Counted from the first letter of the stretch, positions 39,906 to 50,797 are shown. The stretch is DNA of 64,000 nucleotides from an uncultured Actinomycetes bacterium (GCA_903919375.1 CAIXHZ010000067.1:10291-74290); one strand, 5' to 3'. The notes: generated by a model not told the origin, from the letters alone. Numbers and translations are program-made.

Positions 39906-41419
39906 GCGCTCTTCTTCCCATCACTCACAACGCCGGCCATTAAGAGTCCTAACTCTTCGCGGGAAACATCGGCGTTAACGATCGCTAAAATCTTTCCGCG
40001 ATACATCACCGCAATTCGATCTGCAAGCGCCGTCACTTCATCGAGCTCGGTGCTAATAAGCAAGACCGCCCGACCAGCATCGCGTTCGGCCAAAATACGT
40101 TCGTGGACAAATTCAATGGATCCCACATCTAGGCCGCGAGTTGGCTGCGAGGCAATCAGAAGCTTCACTGGACGAGAGAGTTCGCGCGCTAAGACAACTT
40201 TCTGCTTATTTCCACCAGAGAGCGAGGAGACTGGGTCTTGCGTCGATTGGGTACGAATATCAAACTCCACTGCCTGCTTCTCGGCCTCACTGGCAACTAC
40301 TGCAGGCGAGATCAAACCGTGAGCCGCGTACGGCTTCTGGGTGTGGAGGTCGAGAATGAGATTCTCGGCGATGGAGAAAGTACCAATTAGGCCATCGAGT
40401 TCGCGAGATTCAGGAATATATGCGATGCCGGCGGTAAGCGAGCCATGAACACTCATGCCAACGATCTCTTGGCCACTGAGTTGAATCGATCCTTCGATAT
40501 GGTCCTCTAAATTGATGAGAGCGCGGGCAAGCTCGGTCTGGCCATTGCCTTGGACTCCCGCAACTGCAAGGACTTCACCTGCGCGCACTTCGAAGGAGAC
40601 CGCATCCACGAGATTTCGACCCGAAGGATCCTTTACCTCCAAACCAGAAACTGTAAGAACCGGAGCACCAATCTCGTGTGGTGTCTTTGCCGGGGCGAGA
40701 TCAACGGGGCGACCCACCATGAGTGAAGCGAGCTCGTTCTGCGAAGCAGAAGGCTCGGCGGTACCGACAACTTTGCCGCGACGAATAATGGTGATCTTGT
40801 CAGCAGCGATCTTTACCTCACGGAGCTTGTGAGTAATGAAGATGATCGAAGTGCCCTTCTCTTTTAAGCTCTTCATGATGCGTAACAAATCATCCGTCTC
40901 TTGCGGGGTAAGAACAGCAGTTGGCTCATCGAGGATCAAAACTTTGGCATCGTAAATAAGGGCTTTAATAATCTCAACTCGTTGCTGGACACCCACTGGC
41001 AGCTCTTCAACGATGGCATCTGGATCGACATCAAAACCGAACTCTTCTGAAATTTTATGGATCGCCGTGCGAGCCTCTTCAAGTTTGAGTACTCCCCCGC
41101 GGGACGTGGGCTCATGGCCAAGCACAATGTTCTCTGCAACCGTGAATACTGGGATTAACATAAAGTGCTGATGAACCATGCCAATACCGGCAGCTAGCGC
41201 ATCGCTTGGTTCATTGATCACGACTTTCTGACCATCGACAAAAATTTCACCGCTATCGGCTTGCAGCAATCCATATGCAATATTCATGAGTGTGGATTTG
41301 CCGGCACCATTTTCTCCGAGGATGGCAAGAATTTCGCCACGCTCTACTTTCAGATCAATGCCATCGTTGGCGACTAGAGCGCCAAATGTTTTGGTGATTC
41401 CGCGGAGTTCAAAGGACAC
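39902..41419 (-). CDS. Nucleoside ABC transporter ATPase with two ABC domains (NupA-like)
   Basis: GENGAGKST, MVHQHF, LDEPT, GVQGNGQ, LSGGNKQK, QPTRGLD. Confidence 0.94.
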   Translation of the reverse strand: MSFELRGITKTFGALVANDGIDLKVERGEILAILGENGAGKSTLMNIAYGLLQADSGEIFVDGQKVVINEPSDALAAGIGMVHQHFMLIPVFTVAENIVLGHEPTSRGGVLKLEEARTAIHKISEEFGFDVDPDAIVEELPVGVQQRVEIIKALIYDAKVLILDEPTAVLTPQETDDLLRIMKSLKEKGTSIIFITHKLREVKIAADKITIIRRGKVVGTAEPSASQNELASLMVGRPVDLAPAKTPHEIGAPVLTVSGLEVKDPSGRNLVDAVSFEVRAGEVLAVAGVQGNGQTELARALINLEDHIEGSIQLSGQEIVGMSVHGSLTAGIAYIPESRELDGLIGTFSIAENLILDLHTQKPYAAHGLISPAVVASEAEKQAVEFDIRTQSTQDPVSSLSGGNKQKVVLARELSRPVKLLIASQPTRGLDVGSIEFVHERILAERDAGRAVLLISTELDEVTALADRIAVMYRGKILAIVNADVSREELGLLMAGVVSDGKKSA

Positions 41420-41466
41420 GCTTTATTCTAGCCGTATTTTCGAAGAAGAAAAGATGCAGGGGTTAG

Positions 41467-41508
41467 AAAAAAGAGTGAAGGCCGAGTGATTTCTCACTCG
41501 GCCTTCAC
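41467..41508 (-). terminator. Intrinsic terminator after the first BMP gene
   Basis: Perfect 15-bp stem GTGAAGGCCGAGTGA/TCACTCGGCCTTCAC with 4-nt loop, followed on the minus strand by TCTTTTTT. Confidence 0.9.
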
Positions 41509-41537
41509 AAATTAACTACGAAGTTTTCAGATAAGAA

Positions 41538-42596
41538 TTACTTAGCTGAAACCTTACCTGCTGCAATGTCCTTACCAAGTTGGAGTACTTCGTTCTGAAG
41601 TGCGCCAGCAACCTTCTTGCCTAGGTCATGGTATGGAGCAAGTGAAACGCCCTTGTTAGCAAGTGTGCCAACATATGAAGCGTTTGTGTACTTGGCTGTT
41701 GAGACATCGGTGATAACTGACTTCACAGAGTTGCTGATTCCCTTAACAACTGATGTTAGGAGAACTGATGCGTACTGTGGAACCAAGTTGTAACCATCTG
41801 AGTCAACCCAGATTGTCTTTGACTTTCCGCTCTTAAGTGACTGACCAGCTGTTGCTGCGCCAAGACCACCTGCGACTGGGAAGATGACATCTGCGCCTTG
41901 CTGTTCAAATCCCTGAGAAATTGAGAGCGCCTTGTTCATTGATGAGAAGTCACCAACAAATGTTCCTGCTGATGGGTTCTTTGGATCCCAACCAAGAGTC
42001 TTTACAGACTTCTTGTGAATGGTGTTGTAGTACGCAACGCCCTTAGCAAAGCCATCCATGAAGATGGTCACTGTTGGGTATGGTGCGCCACCGTAGGTAG
42101 CAACGGTTCCGGTCTTAGAGAATCCAGCTGCAAGGTAGCCAGCCATGAATGAGTTCTCGTTTGTTGCAAAGGTAAGACCCTTAACGTTCTTTACAGGTGT
42201 GCCAGGGAACTGGTCACCCTTTGGACCATGGTCATAGCCCTGGTCATCGACAACTGCGTACTTGATTGTTGGGTTTGCCTTAGCAGAATCAACAATTGCA
42301 CCAGAAATTGAGAAACCAACGCCGATGATGAGGTTGCACTTCTGATCTACAAATTTCTTGATGTTTGGTGCGAAGTCAGCAGCAGAAGTTGCTGGAAGGT
42401 ACTGAACATCTGAGATTGCAGTTGAAGCCTGTGCGCCAGCCCAAGCTGAAGCGTTGAATGAGTGATCATCCACGCCGCCAGTATCGAGAGCGAGGCAGGT
42501 CTTGATCTTTGCGGCCTGTGATGCAGGTGCAACTGCAACGCCGACCACCATGGTGGCAGCAGCCACGAGTGTGATTAGTTTGAATGACTTCTTCAA
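41538..42596 (-). CDS. BMP/PnrA family nucleoside-binding protein
   Basis: DTGGVDDHSFN, IIGVGF, AVVD, FMAGYLAA, DVIFPVAG, IWVDSD, LTSVVK; TTG start at 42596 after GGAGG. Confidence 0.92.
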   Translation of the reverse strand: MKKSFKLITLVAAATMVVGVAVAPASQAAKIKTCLALDTGGVDDHSFNASAWAGAQASTAISDVQYLPATSAADFAPNIKKFVDQKCNLIIGVGFSISGAIVDSAKANPTIKYAVVDDQGYDHGPKGDQFPGTPVKNVKGLTFATNENSFMAGYLAAGFSKTGTVATYGGAPYPTVTIFMDGFAKGVAYYNTIHKKSVKTLGWDPKNPSAGTFVGDFSSMNKALSISQGFEQQGADVIFPVAGGLGAATAGQSLKSGKSKTIWVDSDGYNLVPQYASVLLTSVVKGISNSVKSVITDVSTAKYTNASYVGTLANKGVSLAPYHDLGKKVAGALQNEVLQLGKDIAAGKVSAK

Positions 42597-42735
42597 GATT
42601 CCTCCAAAGGGCCCTTGATGAACAAGGGGTTGTGTGTAGGTGAACAGTAGCGAGAATGAGGTATTCCACGCATATCTGCCCGGTGTCGCCAATGTAAAGA
42701 ACTCTCAACCCTTACCTGAGAGATGCACCGCACAA

Positions 42736-43764
42736 TTAGTATTTCCCGCTTGCTAGGACCTTCTCTGCAGATGTGAGTTGGGAAGTTACGGTTGAGGTTG
42801 GCGCCGATGTGGCCAAGGCCACTCCACCACCATTAAAGGTATATATGTGGCCGTAGATGCCAGCCTGCTCATCCAAAATATCGTTGAAAGTTTGACCTTT
42901 TAATGCCTTGGCGACGAGATCAATAACAGCACGATCGAATCGATCCGTTACGGCGCCAATGACAACTTTCTTAGCCGCTGGGAAAGTAAGGAAGTACTGT
43001 TGTGGCGTAATACCAATCAACTTAATGGAAAATTTTGATTTCTTCTTTATGAGATCTTGGCCAACTGCAATCACTTGGTTGAGTACTTCACTGCTCTTAT
43101 TCCAGGTGGAGTAAATAACGTCTACGCCCACCGAACTCATCGAGGCGACAGATATATTCGAAGCACCTTTAAGATTTAAAGTGACACTTTGACCAAAAAC
43201 TTTTGCTTTCGGGTTGGCAAAATGGACACCATCGGCAAAGGCACTCTGGTTTTTTTGCAGGTTCTGATCAGCAGGAAGCATGCTTCCCACCTTGGCTGAC
43301 ACCGAGGATGCCCCAGCTAGAACTCCCGCCATAAAAGCAGATTGGGTGGGTGAGAAATCTATATTCATGACATTAACCATCGCCACGCTGGCATCACCAA
43401 GTATGGCAAATTGAATCGTTGGATATTTCTCGGCGGCAACGGCAATGGCCTGAGAGTAGCCCGAGCCGACCGCGATAATGAGGTCATATCCAGCCTTTGC
43501 TAAAAAGAGTAGTCGTGCCTCGCGATCGGATTCGCTATTGATTGGAGCCATTTCACGGACTGCCAGCGTGGAGAGATGAAATTGCTTCTTTGCGGCATCT
43601 AGACCCTTCGCTGCCGCATCATTTATTCCATTATCCCCACGACCACCAATGTCATAGAGCATCGCGATACGAATATTGCTTTCGGCGCTAGCGACAGGAA
43701 TTAAGGAGCCCATGGAGAGCGCAGCGACAGTCAAGAAAGTAAGAAGCGAACGAACTTTAGCCAC
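42736..43764 (-). CDS. Second, divergent BMP family substrate-binding protein
   Basis: [28 protein letters not shown]; likely GTG start at 43764 overlapping the trpS stop. Confidence 0.8.
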   Translation of the reverse strand: MAKVRSLLTFLTVAALSMGSLIPVASAESNIRIAMLYDIGGRGDNGINDAAAKGLDAAKKQFHLSTLAVREMAPINSESDREARLLFLAKAGYDLIIAVGSGYSQAIAVAAEKYPTIQFAILGDASVAMVNVMNIDFSPTQSAFMAGVLAGASSVSAKVGSMLPADQNLQKNQSAFADGVHFANPKAKVFGQSVTLNLKGASNISVASMSSVGVDVIYSTWNKSSEVLNQVIAVGQDLIKKKSKFSIKLIGITPQQYFLTFPAAKKVVIGAVTDRFDRAVIDLVAKALKGQTFNDILDEQAGIYGHIYTFNGGGVALATSAPTSTVTSQLTSAEKVLASGKY

Positions 43765-44794
43765 GTGCAATAAGGCCCATAGCTTCATAGGTTGCCTTCA
43801 GAGTTTGTTCAGCGACTTCATTAGCCTTATCGGCACCGATCTTGAGAAGTGAGTTGAGGTAATCAGGATCTTCGAGCAACTCCAGCGCCTTCGCGCGAAC
43901 TGGGGCGAAATAATCCACCACCACTTGCGCAACACCTAACTTGAAATCACCATAACCTTTTCCGTCAAAGTCATTTTCAGAATCAGCAATGTTTTTTCCG
44001 GTCAGTGCGCTGTAGATGGTGAGGAGATTTGAGACGCCTGGCTTCTCTTTCTCATCAAACTTCACTTCACGACCAGTATCAGTCATAGCACTCTTAATCT
44101 TCTTCAAGTTCACTTCTGGCGCATCCATAATTTCAATAACACCATTTTGTGAAGCTGCCGATTTACTCATTTTAGATGTGGGATCTTGAAGGTCATTGAT
44201 CTTCGCTGCGGCTTTGAGAATGTAAGCCTCTGGAATAGTAAATGTGGCCCCAGTTGCAGCATATGTTGAATTGAAGCGTTGACCAAGATCACGAGTGAGT
44301 TCTATATGTTGGCGTTGATCTTCGCCAACGGGAACGAGGTTGGCTTGATAAAGCAAGATATCTGCAGCTTGAAGAATTGGATAAGTGAAGAGTCCAACAA
44401 CCGTTCGATCGGCTCCGCTCTTCTGTGACTTATCTTTAAATTGAGTCATACGACCAGCTTCACCAAATCCGGTTAAGCACTCCATGACCCAACCCAATTG
44501 ATTATGGGCAGGCACGTGAGACTGGATGAAGAGCGTGGATTTTTCTGGATCAATTCCTAGGGCAATGAGCTGAGCGACGGAAGCGAGTGTGCGCTTGCGA
44601 AGGGCGACGGGGTCGGGCTGAACGGTTAGTGCGTGCAGATCGACAACGCAATAAAAGGCATCATGGCTCTCTTGCAATGCAACCCACTGGCGCAAGGCGC
44701 CCAAATAATTGCCGAGGTGAAATGAATCATGAGTGGGCTGAATCCCTGAAAGTACTCGCTTTACTTGGGGTGCATTAGCGCTCATGGGTCTCAT
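43757..44794 (-). CDS. trpS: Tryptophan--tRNA ligase
   Basis: [42 protein letters not shown]. Confidence 0.97.
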   Translation of the reverse strand: MRPMSANAPQVKRVLSGIQPTHDSFHLGNYLGALRQWVALQESHDAFYCVVDLHALTVQPDPVALRKRTLASVAQLIALGIDPEKSTLFIQSHVPAHNQLGWVMECLTGFGEAGRMTQFKDKSQKSGADRTVVGLFTYPILQAADILLYQANLVPVGEDQRQHIELTRDLGQRFNSTYAATGATFTIPEAYILKAAAKINDLQDPTSKMSKSAASQNGVIEIMDAPEVNLKKIKSAMTDTGREVKFDEKEKPGVSNLLTIYSALTGKNIADSENDFDGKGYGDFKLGVAQVVVDYFAPVRAKALELLEDPDYLNSLLKIGADKANEVAEQTLKATYEAMGLIARG

Positions 44795-46106
44795 CTTTCC
44801 ATTCCTTGCGAGAGATCAGTAATCGACCGGCTCGCTTACCCTCCATGGTCAAAACGGTCAGCTGTGCGCCTTCGATTTCGAGCACATCTCCGACTGCAGG
44901 TAGGCGGCCCAATTCGTGCATGACATAGCCTCCGAGCGTCTCGTAGGGTCCATCAGCGAGCGCAACGCCGGTCTCCTCCGCTAAATCTTCGACCGAAATC
45001 AGGGCATCGACTTCGTAATCGCCCACTTTCTGACTCTGTATCACTTCGCCAGAATCTTCATCGTATTCATCATGAATATCTCCGATAACTCGCTCAACGA
45101 GATCTTCCATGGTGACAATTCCATCTGTGCCACCATATTCATCGAGCACAATGGCGATGTGATGGCGCTTGGCCCGCATTTCGGCGAGTGCTGGAAGAAC
45201 GCCCTTGGTGCCGGGCAAGAAAAGTACTGGCCTGATCAATTCGAGAATAGGGAGCTCGCCCGACATCTTTACTTGCGAATTGAGCAAGTCGCGAACATGA
45301 ATAAACCCGATTACTTCATCCGTCGAACCGCGAGTGACGGGATAGCGTGAATGTGAATGCTCGACGGCGATCTTGATCGCATCGGAAATTGAGAGCCCGA
45401 CATCGAGGAAGTCCACTTCGGTACGGGGCAACATGATCTCGTGCAATTGCATATCGCTAGCAGTGAAGACTTCTTCCACGATATCGCGCTCTTCATCGGT
45501 GAGCGCTGTATGGCCAGTGACGAGATCAACGAGTTCGGCTTCAGAAATTTCGCTTCGATGCTCATCGGCATGGAGACCAAATATTTTTACCACGACATTT
45601 GTTGACGCAGAAAGAACCCAAATGACGGGGCGAAAAATAATCGCCAACCGATCAATCGGACCTGCGGCAACCATGGCGATGGCTTCGCCGCGAAAGAGTG
45701 CTAACCGCTTGGGGACGAGCTCGCCAAAGACCAGCGAGAGATATGAGATGACGATGGTGAGGCCAACTAAGGAGAGTGTCGTGCTCAAATCATGTGAGAG
45801 TCCGTGCTGCTCCAGCGCAGGAATGAGGTAGTGACCAATCCGCTCGGAGCCCAGCGCCGCCGAAAGGAAGGAGGAGAAGGTGACGCCGACTTGAGCGGCA
45901 GCCAGGAATCGGTTGGGATTTTTGGAGAGGGCGGCTACGCGGGCCCCACGGCGTCCCTTCTTGCCAATCTGTGCCTGCATCTGGCGTACTTGGGATTCTC
46001 GGAGCGAGATGAGGGATATTTCGGCTGCGACGAAGAGGCCAGCCACGGCGATGAAGAAAAGGACAATGAGGACATCCCAGAGGATCGCCGAGGTGGTGGG
46101 GCTCAT
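44775..46106 (-). CDS. HlyC/CorC (CNNM) family membrane protein with CBS pair
   Basis: [45 protein letters not shown], CorC C-terminal domain. Confidence 0.92.
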   Translation of the reverse strand: MSPTTSAILWDVLIVLFFIAVAGLFVAAEISLISLRESQVRQMQAQIGKKGRRGARVAALSKNPNRFLAAAQVGVTFSSFLSAALGSERIGHYLIPALEQHGLSHDLSTTLSLVGLTIVISYLSLVFGELVPKRLALFRGEAIAMVAAGPIDRLAIIFRPVIWVLSASTNVVVKIFGLHADEHRSEISEAELVDLVTGHTALTDEERDIVEEVFTASDMQLHEIMLPRTEVDFLDVGLSISDAIKIAVEHSHSRYPVTRGSTDEVIGFIHVRDLLNSQVKMSGELPILELIRPVLFLPGTKGVLPALAEMRAKRHHIAIVLDEYGGTDGIVTMEDLVERVIGDIHDEYDEDSGEVIQSQKVGDYEVDALISVEDLAEETGVALADGPYETLGGYVMHELGRLPAVGDVLEIEGAQLTVLTMEGKRAGRLLISRKEWKDETHER

Positions 46107-46185
46107 GGCGCTAAGGGTACTTCAGTACTTCCCTTTCGGGCGGTGAACCCTCTACTCTTGCGCTTACGCCCGCCCGGGCGTGATG

Positions 46186-46234
46186 AACCTTCATCCTAAG
46201 GATCGTCGGGCACGTACCTGCCCGGAGAAGGAGT
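46186..46234 (+). ncRNA. msiK-type cis-regulatory RNA in the msiK 5' UTR
   Basis: Three-way junction: CCTTC 46188-46192 pairs with GAAGG 46227-46231 (RBS); inner hairpins ATCCTAAGGAT and CGGGCACGTACCTGCCCG; matches my recollection of the actinobacterial msiK RNA motif. Confidence 0.75.
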
Positions 46235-46241
46235 TATAGCA

Positions 46242-47327
46242 ATGGCATCAGTCGTATTTGAGAGCGCTTCGCGCATCTACCCAGGAACAACAAAGCCTGC
46301 GGTCGACAAACTCAACCTCACCGTTAACGATGGTGAATTCCTCGTACTCGTTGGACCATCCGGTTGCGGAAAATCAACATCACTTCGCATGCTCGCTGGC
46401 CTCGAAGAGGTAGATACTGGACGTATCCTCATTGGAGATCGCGACGTCACAAACGTTGCACCAAAAGATCGCGATATTGCGATGGTCTTCCAGTCATACG
46501 CTCTCTACCCACATATGTCAGTAGCCGAGAACATGGGCTTTGCACTCAAGATCGCCGGCATCGATAAGGCTGAGCGCGATCGCCGTGTACAGGAAGCCGC
46601 AAAACTTCTCGACCTTGAAGATTATCTCGATCGCAAGCCAAAGGCGCTCTCTGGCGGACAACGCCAGCGTGTAGCAATGGGACGTGCCATCGTTCGCGAA
46701 CCTCAGGTCTTCTTGATGGATGAGCCACTCTCCAACCTCGATGCCAAGCTTCGCGTTGCTACCCGTACTCAGATTGCAGCGCTTCAGCGCCGTCTGGGTA
46801 TCACCACTGTTTACGTTACCCACGACCAGGTTGAAGCAATGACCATGGGCGATCGCGTAGCAGTGCTCAAGGATGGTCTCCTCCAGCAGGTTGATACTCC
46901 TCGCAATCTTTACGAGAACCCAGTGAACGCATTTGTTGCTGGCTTCATCGGCTCCCCTGCAATGAACCTCCTCACCGTTCCTGTAACAGGCGGCAAGGCA
47001 ATGCTCGGAGATTTCCCTATCGATGTTCCAGCATCAGCTGGCTCCAGCATCACTGTTGGAATTCGCCCAGAAGGTTTCGTTCCAGCAAGCACTGGCTTCC
47101 ATGTAGATGTTGAAGTTGTCGAAGAACTCGGCTCCGATGCATTTGTTTACGGAAAGCCTGCTGATTCCACCGTTAAGTTCGCTCAGTCAACAGATGAAGG
47201 CGCACAAGTAATCGTTCGTTGGGATCCAAAGAATCCACCTAAGGCTGGCGATCGCATCACTGTTAACGCTATCCCAACTGCAATCCATCTCTTTGATGCG
47301 ACGACAGGTGCTCGTATTACTAAGTAA
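46242..47327 (+). CDS. msiK: Shared sugar ABC transporter ATPase
   Basis: GPSGCGKST, MVFQSYALYPH, LSGGQRQR, DEPLSNLDAKLR, TOBE tail; no permeases adjacent. Confidence 0.9.
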   Translation: MASVVFESASRIYPGTTKPAVDKLNLTVNDGEFLVLVGPSGCGKSTSLRMLAGLEEVDTGRILIGDRDVTNVAPKDRDIAMVFQSYALYPHMSVAENMGFALKIAGIDKAERDRRVQEAAKLLDLEDYLDRKPKALSGGQRQRVAMGRAIVREPQVFLMDEPLSNLDAKLRVATRTQIAALQRRLGITTVYVTHDQVEAMTMGDRVAVLKDGLLQQVDTPRNLYENPVNAFVAGFIGSPAMNLLTVPVTGGKAMLGDFPIDVPASAGSSITVGIRPEGFVPASTGFHVDVEVVEELGSDAFVYGKPADSTVKFAQSTDEGAQVIVRWDPKNPPKAGDRITVNAIPTAIHLFDATTGARITK

Positions 47328-47341
47328 TTCAGAAGTAATGT

Positions 47342-47375
47342 AAGGAAGCCCCGCTACCAGTAGCGGGGCTTCCTT
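47342..47375. terminator. Terminator hairpin between convergent msiK and icd
   Basis: 16-bp inverted repeat AAGGAAGCCCCGCTAC/GTAGCGGGGCTTCCTT, T-rich downstream on the plus strand. Confidence 0.88.
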
Positions 47376-47398
47376 CTTTGCTTAATTAACTTCAGAAG

Positions 47399-48616
47399 TT
47401 ATTGAGCCATTGCCTTCTTCAAATTATCGTTGATGGCATCCAAGAAATCTTGAGTGTTGAGATAAGGAGCATCAGGGCTAATCAATAGCGCAAGATCCTT
47501 AGTCATCTTTCCGGATTCGACAGTTTCGATACATACCCGCTCGAGCGTGGAACAGAAATCCGCAAGCGCAGGATTGTTATCGAGCTTGGCGCGGTGAGCA
47601 AGTCCTTGAGTCCAAGCAAAGATCGAGGCGATCGGATTGGTCGATGTGGCCTTGCCCGCTTGGTGATCGCGGAAGTGACGAGTTACTGTTCCGTGAGCGG
47701 CTTCGGATTCAACAACTTTTCCATCGGGAGTCATGAGCACTGATGTCATGAGGCCAAGTGATCCAAAACCTTGTGCAACGGTATCGGATTGAACATCGCC
47801 ATCGTAATTTTTGCAGGCCCAGACATAGCCGCCTTCCCAACGAAGCGATGTTGCGACCATATCGTCGATGAGGCGATGCTCATAGGTAATTCCGGCAGCG
47901 TCAAACTGAGATTTGAATTCTGCTTCATAGATTTCAGCAAAGATATCTTTGAACCGGCCATCGTAAGCCTTCAAGATGGTGTTCTTGGTGGAGAGAAATA
48001 CTGGGTAATTACGCTTTAGGCCATAGTTCATCGATGCGCGCGCAAAATCGCGAATCGAATCATCGAGGTTGTACATACCCATGGCAACACCTGCTGCTGG
48101 GAAATCAAAGACGTTGAATTCAATTTTCTCAGAGCCATCAGATGGCTCAAAGGTCATGGTGAGCTTGCCGGCGCCAGGGACTTTGAAATCTGTCGCCTTG
48201 TATTGATCGCCGAAGGCGTGACGGCCAATAACGATGGGCTTAGTCCAGTGTGGGACTAGGCGAGGAACATTGGAGATGATGATTGGTTCACGGAAGATGA
48301 CGCCACCGAGAATGTTGCGGACAGTTCCGTTAGGAGATTTCCACATCTGCTTGAGACCAAATTCCTTGACTCGTGCCTCATCAGGAGTGATGGTCGCGCA
48401 CTTAATACCTACGCCATGCTTCTTGATGGCGTTGGCTGAGTCGATCGTCACCTGGTCGTTAGTGGCATCGCGGTGTTCGATTCCGAGGTCGTAATATTCA
48501 AGATTGACATCCAAATAGGGCAAGATCAACGAGTCTTTGATGAACTTCCACAGGATGCGAGTCATCTCATCGCCATCGAGCTCAACTACTGTGCCTTCAA
48601 CTTTAATCTTAGACAT
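47399..48616 (-). CDS. icd: NADP-dependent isocitrate dehydrogenase (type II)
   Basis: [45 protein letters not shown]. Confidence 0.97.
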   Translation of the reverse strand: MSKIKVEGTVVELDGDEMTRILWKFIKDSLILPYLDVNLEYYDLGIEHRDATNDQVTIDSANAIKKHGVGIKCATITPDEARVKEFGLKQMWKSPNGTVRNILGGVIFREPIIISNVPRLVPHWTKPIVIGRHAFGDQYKATDFKVPGAGKLTMTFEPSDGSEKIEFNVFDFPAAGVAMGMYNLDDSIRDFARASMNYGLKRNYPVFLSTKNTILKAYDGRFKDIFAEIYEAEFKSQFDAAGITYEHRLIDDMVATSLRWEGGYVWACKNYDGDVQSDTVAQGFGSLGLMTSVLMTPDGKVVESEAAHGTVTRHFRDHQAGKATSTNPIASIFAWTQGLAHRAKLDNNPALADFCSTLERVCIETVESGKMTKDLALLISPDAPYLNTQDFLDAINDNLKKAMAQ

Positions 48617-48660
48617 ATCTTTCGCTTCCTTCGATTGTGTTAGGTGAGTGAGCTGGTTGC

Positions 48661-49617
48661 TTAGAGATCTTTGACGTCGGCTTGCTTCGTGCGAACAGCT
48701 TCTGCCGCCGCCTTGAGTGCAGCTACTTCCGATGGAGTGAGTGAGCCTTCTACAACTCGGCGAACTCCGCTCTTACCGATTTCGGCCTCAACGCCAAGGT
48801 AGACACCGGAAATTCCATATTCGCCATCAACCCAAGCGCAGACCGGCATGATCGCGCCAGAATCTTCAATCACTGCCTTTGCCATTCGAGCAGCTGCAGC
48901 AGATGGTGCGTAGTAAGCAGAGCCAGTTTTGAGCAGTGCTACAACTTCCGCACCACCGTTGCGTGTGCGATCGACGAGTTCATCGATCTCAACTTGGCTG
49001 AGCAGTTCGGAGAGCGGCTTGCCATCAACGGTGCAACGACTTGGAACGGGGACCATGGTCTCGCCGTGGGAGCCCAAGGTAAGTGTCTTCACTGATGAGG
49101 TAAGTACGCCGAGTTTTTCAGCGACAAAGTTTGTGAAGCGAGCCGTGTCGAGCATGCCGGCTTGACCCATGACGCGATTCTTAGGGAATGCGGTCGCAAT
49201 TTGAGCGAGCGCTGTCATTTCATCGAGTGGGTTTGAGACCACGATGATCACAGCGTTGGGAGAATGCTTGGCGATATTTTCAGCAACGCCGCGAACGATT
49301 CCGGCATTGACGCCGATGAGATCCATGCGACTCATTCCTGGCTTGCGTGGAAGGCCGGCGGTAATTACGACAACATCAGAATTGGCGGTGGCTTCATAGC
49401 CAGCGCCTTCAGGTGTGGTGGTTGCGCCGATGACCTTGGTTTCGAAGCCTTCGATGGAACGCGATTGGTTCATATCAAGGGCAAGGCCCTCTGGCTTACC
49501 CTCAACAATGTCGGTGAGAACTACTGTCTCGAAGATGTCGTATTCAGCTAACCGAAGCGCTGTAGTCGAACCATAAAAACCAGCTCCGACAACGGTGACT
49601 TTTCCTGAACGGGCCAT
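48661..49617 (-). CDS. mdh: Malate dehydrogenase (LDH-like)
   Basis: [41 protein letters not shown]. Confidence 0.95.
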   Translation of the reverse strand: MARSGKVTVVGAGFYGSTTALRLAEYDIFETVVLTDIVEGKPEGLALDMNQSRSIEGFETKVIGATTTPEGAGYEATANSDVVVITAGLPRKPGMSRMDLIGVNAGIVRGVAENIAKHSPNAVIIVVSNPLDEMTALAQIATAFPKNRVMGQAGMLDTARFTNFVAEKLGVLTSSVKTLTLGSHGETMVPVPSRCTVDGKPLSELLSQVEIDELVDRTRNGGAEVVALLKTGSAYYAPSAAAARMAKAVIEDSGAIMPVCAWVDGEYGISGVYLGVEAEIGKSGVRRVVEGSLTPSEVAALKAAAEAVRTKQADVKDL

Positions 49618-49677
49618 CTGCGCTCCTTCAATCGTTAACGGCTACGAATGAGCCGTACCTGACCGCAATATTACTGG

Positions 49678-49935
49678 CTATTTTGCATGCGGAAGTGTGA
49701 GGGCAACCACAAGCATGATGCCACAAATGACAAGCGGAGCAATGATCTCTATTCGGCGCTTACGCGGGCCCCGGGCATAACGGATGGAGATAAAGACCGA
49801 CGCCGCTATCGCCAGGACTGCTCCCCCGGTGCGCACCGCGCCCATAACGGCCGCACCAGCGCCAATGACTGAAAGCGCTGCGGATACGTGAAAGAGGCGA
49901 GTCGTTCGATCTGAAGTGAGATCAGGAAGCTTCAT
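49678..49935 (-). CDS. Small membrane protein (DUF3017-like)
   Basis: Three hydrophobic helices; sits directly after folD as in other actinobacteria. Confidence 0.55.
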   Translation of the reverse strand: MKLPDLTSDRTTRLFHVSAALSVIGAGAAVMGAVRTGGAVLAIAASVFISIRYARGPRKRRIEIIAPLVICGIMLVVALTLPHAK

Positions 49936-49950
49936 TACCTTTGAGCCATT

Positions 49951-50784
49951 TCAGCGCCCAGCCATCTCGACCACATTGGAGAGCAACATCGCCCGCGTCA
50001 TAGGGCCAACACCACCGGGCATGGGAGCGATAAAAGATGCTTTCTCATAACAGGCAGGATCAATATCTCCCAAGAGTCCTGCTTCGGTGCGAGTAATTCC
50101 AACATCGAGAAGTACTGCGCCAGCTTTAATCATCTCGGGCTTTAAGAAATGCGCTTGGCCAATGGCTGCAACAATTATGTCGGCTCGCGAAGTATGCGCC
50201 AGTACATCTTTTGTTCCGGTATGAGTAATTGTTACCGTGGCGTCATCGCCTTTGCGAGTGAGCATCAATGCAAGTGGGCGACCGACAGTGAGGCCGCGAC
50301 CCATCACCACAACTTCAGCGCCGCTGGTGGGAACGTTGTAGCGACGGAGCAATTCGATAATTCCACGAGGAGTACACGGTAGTGGCGCTTTCTCGCCGAT
50401 AACGAGTTTGCCGAGGTTGAGTGGATGAAGGCCATCGGCATCTTTTGCCGGATCGATTGCTTCTAAGACTTTATTGGCGTTGATTGCCTTAGGTACCGGC
50501 AGCTGAACAATGTATCCAGTGCACTCCGCGCTCTTATTGAGATCATCGATCGCGGCCAAGACATCTTTTTCGGTAGCAGATGCAGGTAGGTCAACACGAA
50601 TCGAATGGATTCCAACTTCCGCGCAATCTTTATGCTTTCCACCGACGTACGAGTGTGAACCTGGGTCATCGCCGACGAGGACAGTTCCAAGACCCGGCTT
50701 CTTCGCCATGCCCGCTACCAGAAGGGCGAGTTCGGATTTAATTTCCTTCGCTGTGGCTTTGCCGTCGAGAATCTGTGCACTCAT
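49951..50784 (-). CDS. folD: Methylene-THF dehydrogenase/cyclohydrolase
   Basis: [34 protein letters not shown]. Confidence 0.97.
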   Translation of the reverse strand: MSAQILDGKATAKEIKSELALLVAGMAKKPGLGTVLVGDDPGSHSYVGGKHKDCAEVGIHSIRVDLPASATEKDVLAAIDDLNKSAECTGYIVQLPVPKAINANKVLEAIDPAKDADGLHPLNLGKLVIGEKAPLPCTPRGIIELLRRYNVPTSGAEVVVMGRGLTVGRPLALMLTRKGDDATVTITHTGTKDVLAHTSRADIIVAAIGQAHFLKPEMIKAGAVLLDVGITRTEAGLLGDIDPACYEKASFIAPMPGGVGPMTRAMLLSNVVEMAGR

Positions 50785-50797
50785 GTAACTCTCCTTA

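Noticed and set aside
42597-42692. N-terminal extension of BMP1 given by the ORF track
   Set aside because: GGAGG RBS and signal peptide point to the TTG at 42596; the extension spans the promoter and leader
42597-42735. Purine or nucleoside riboswitch upstream of the BMP gene
   Set aside because: Only one short hairpin; no purine-riboswitch junction or expression platform recognised, though cmsearch was not run
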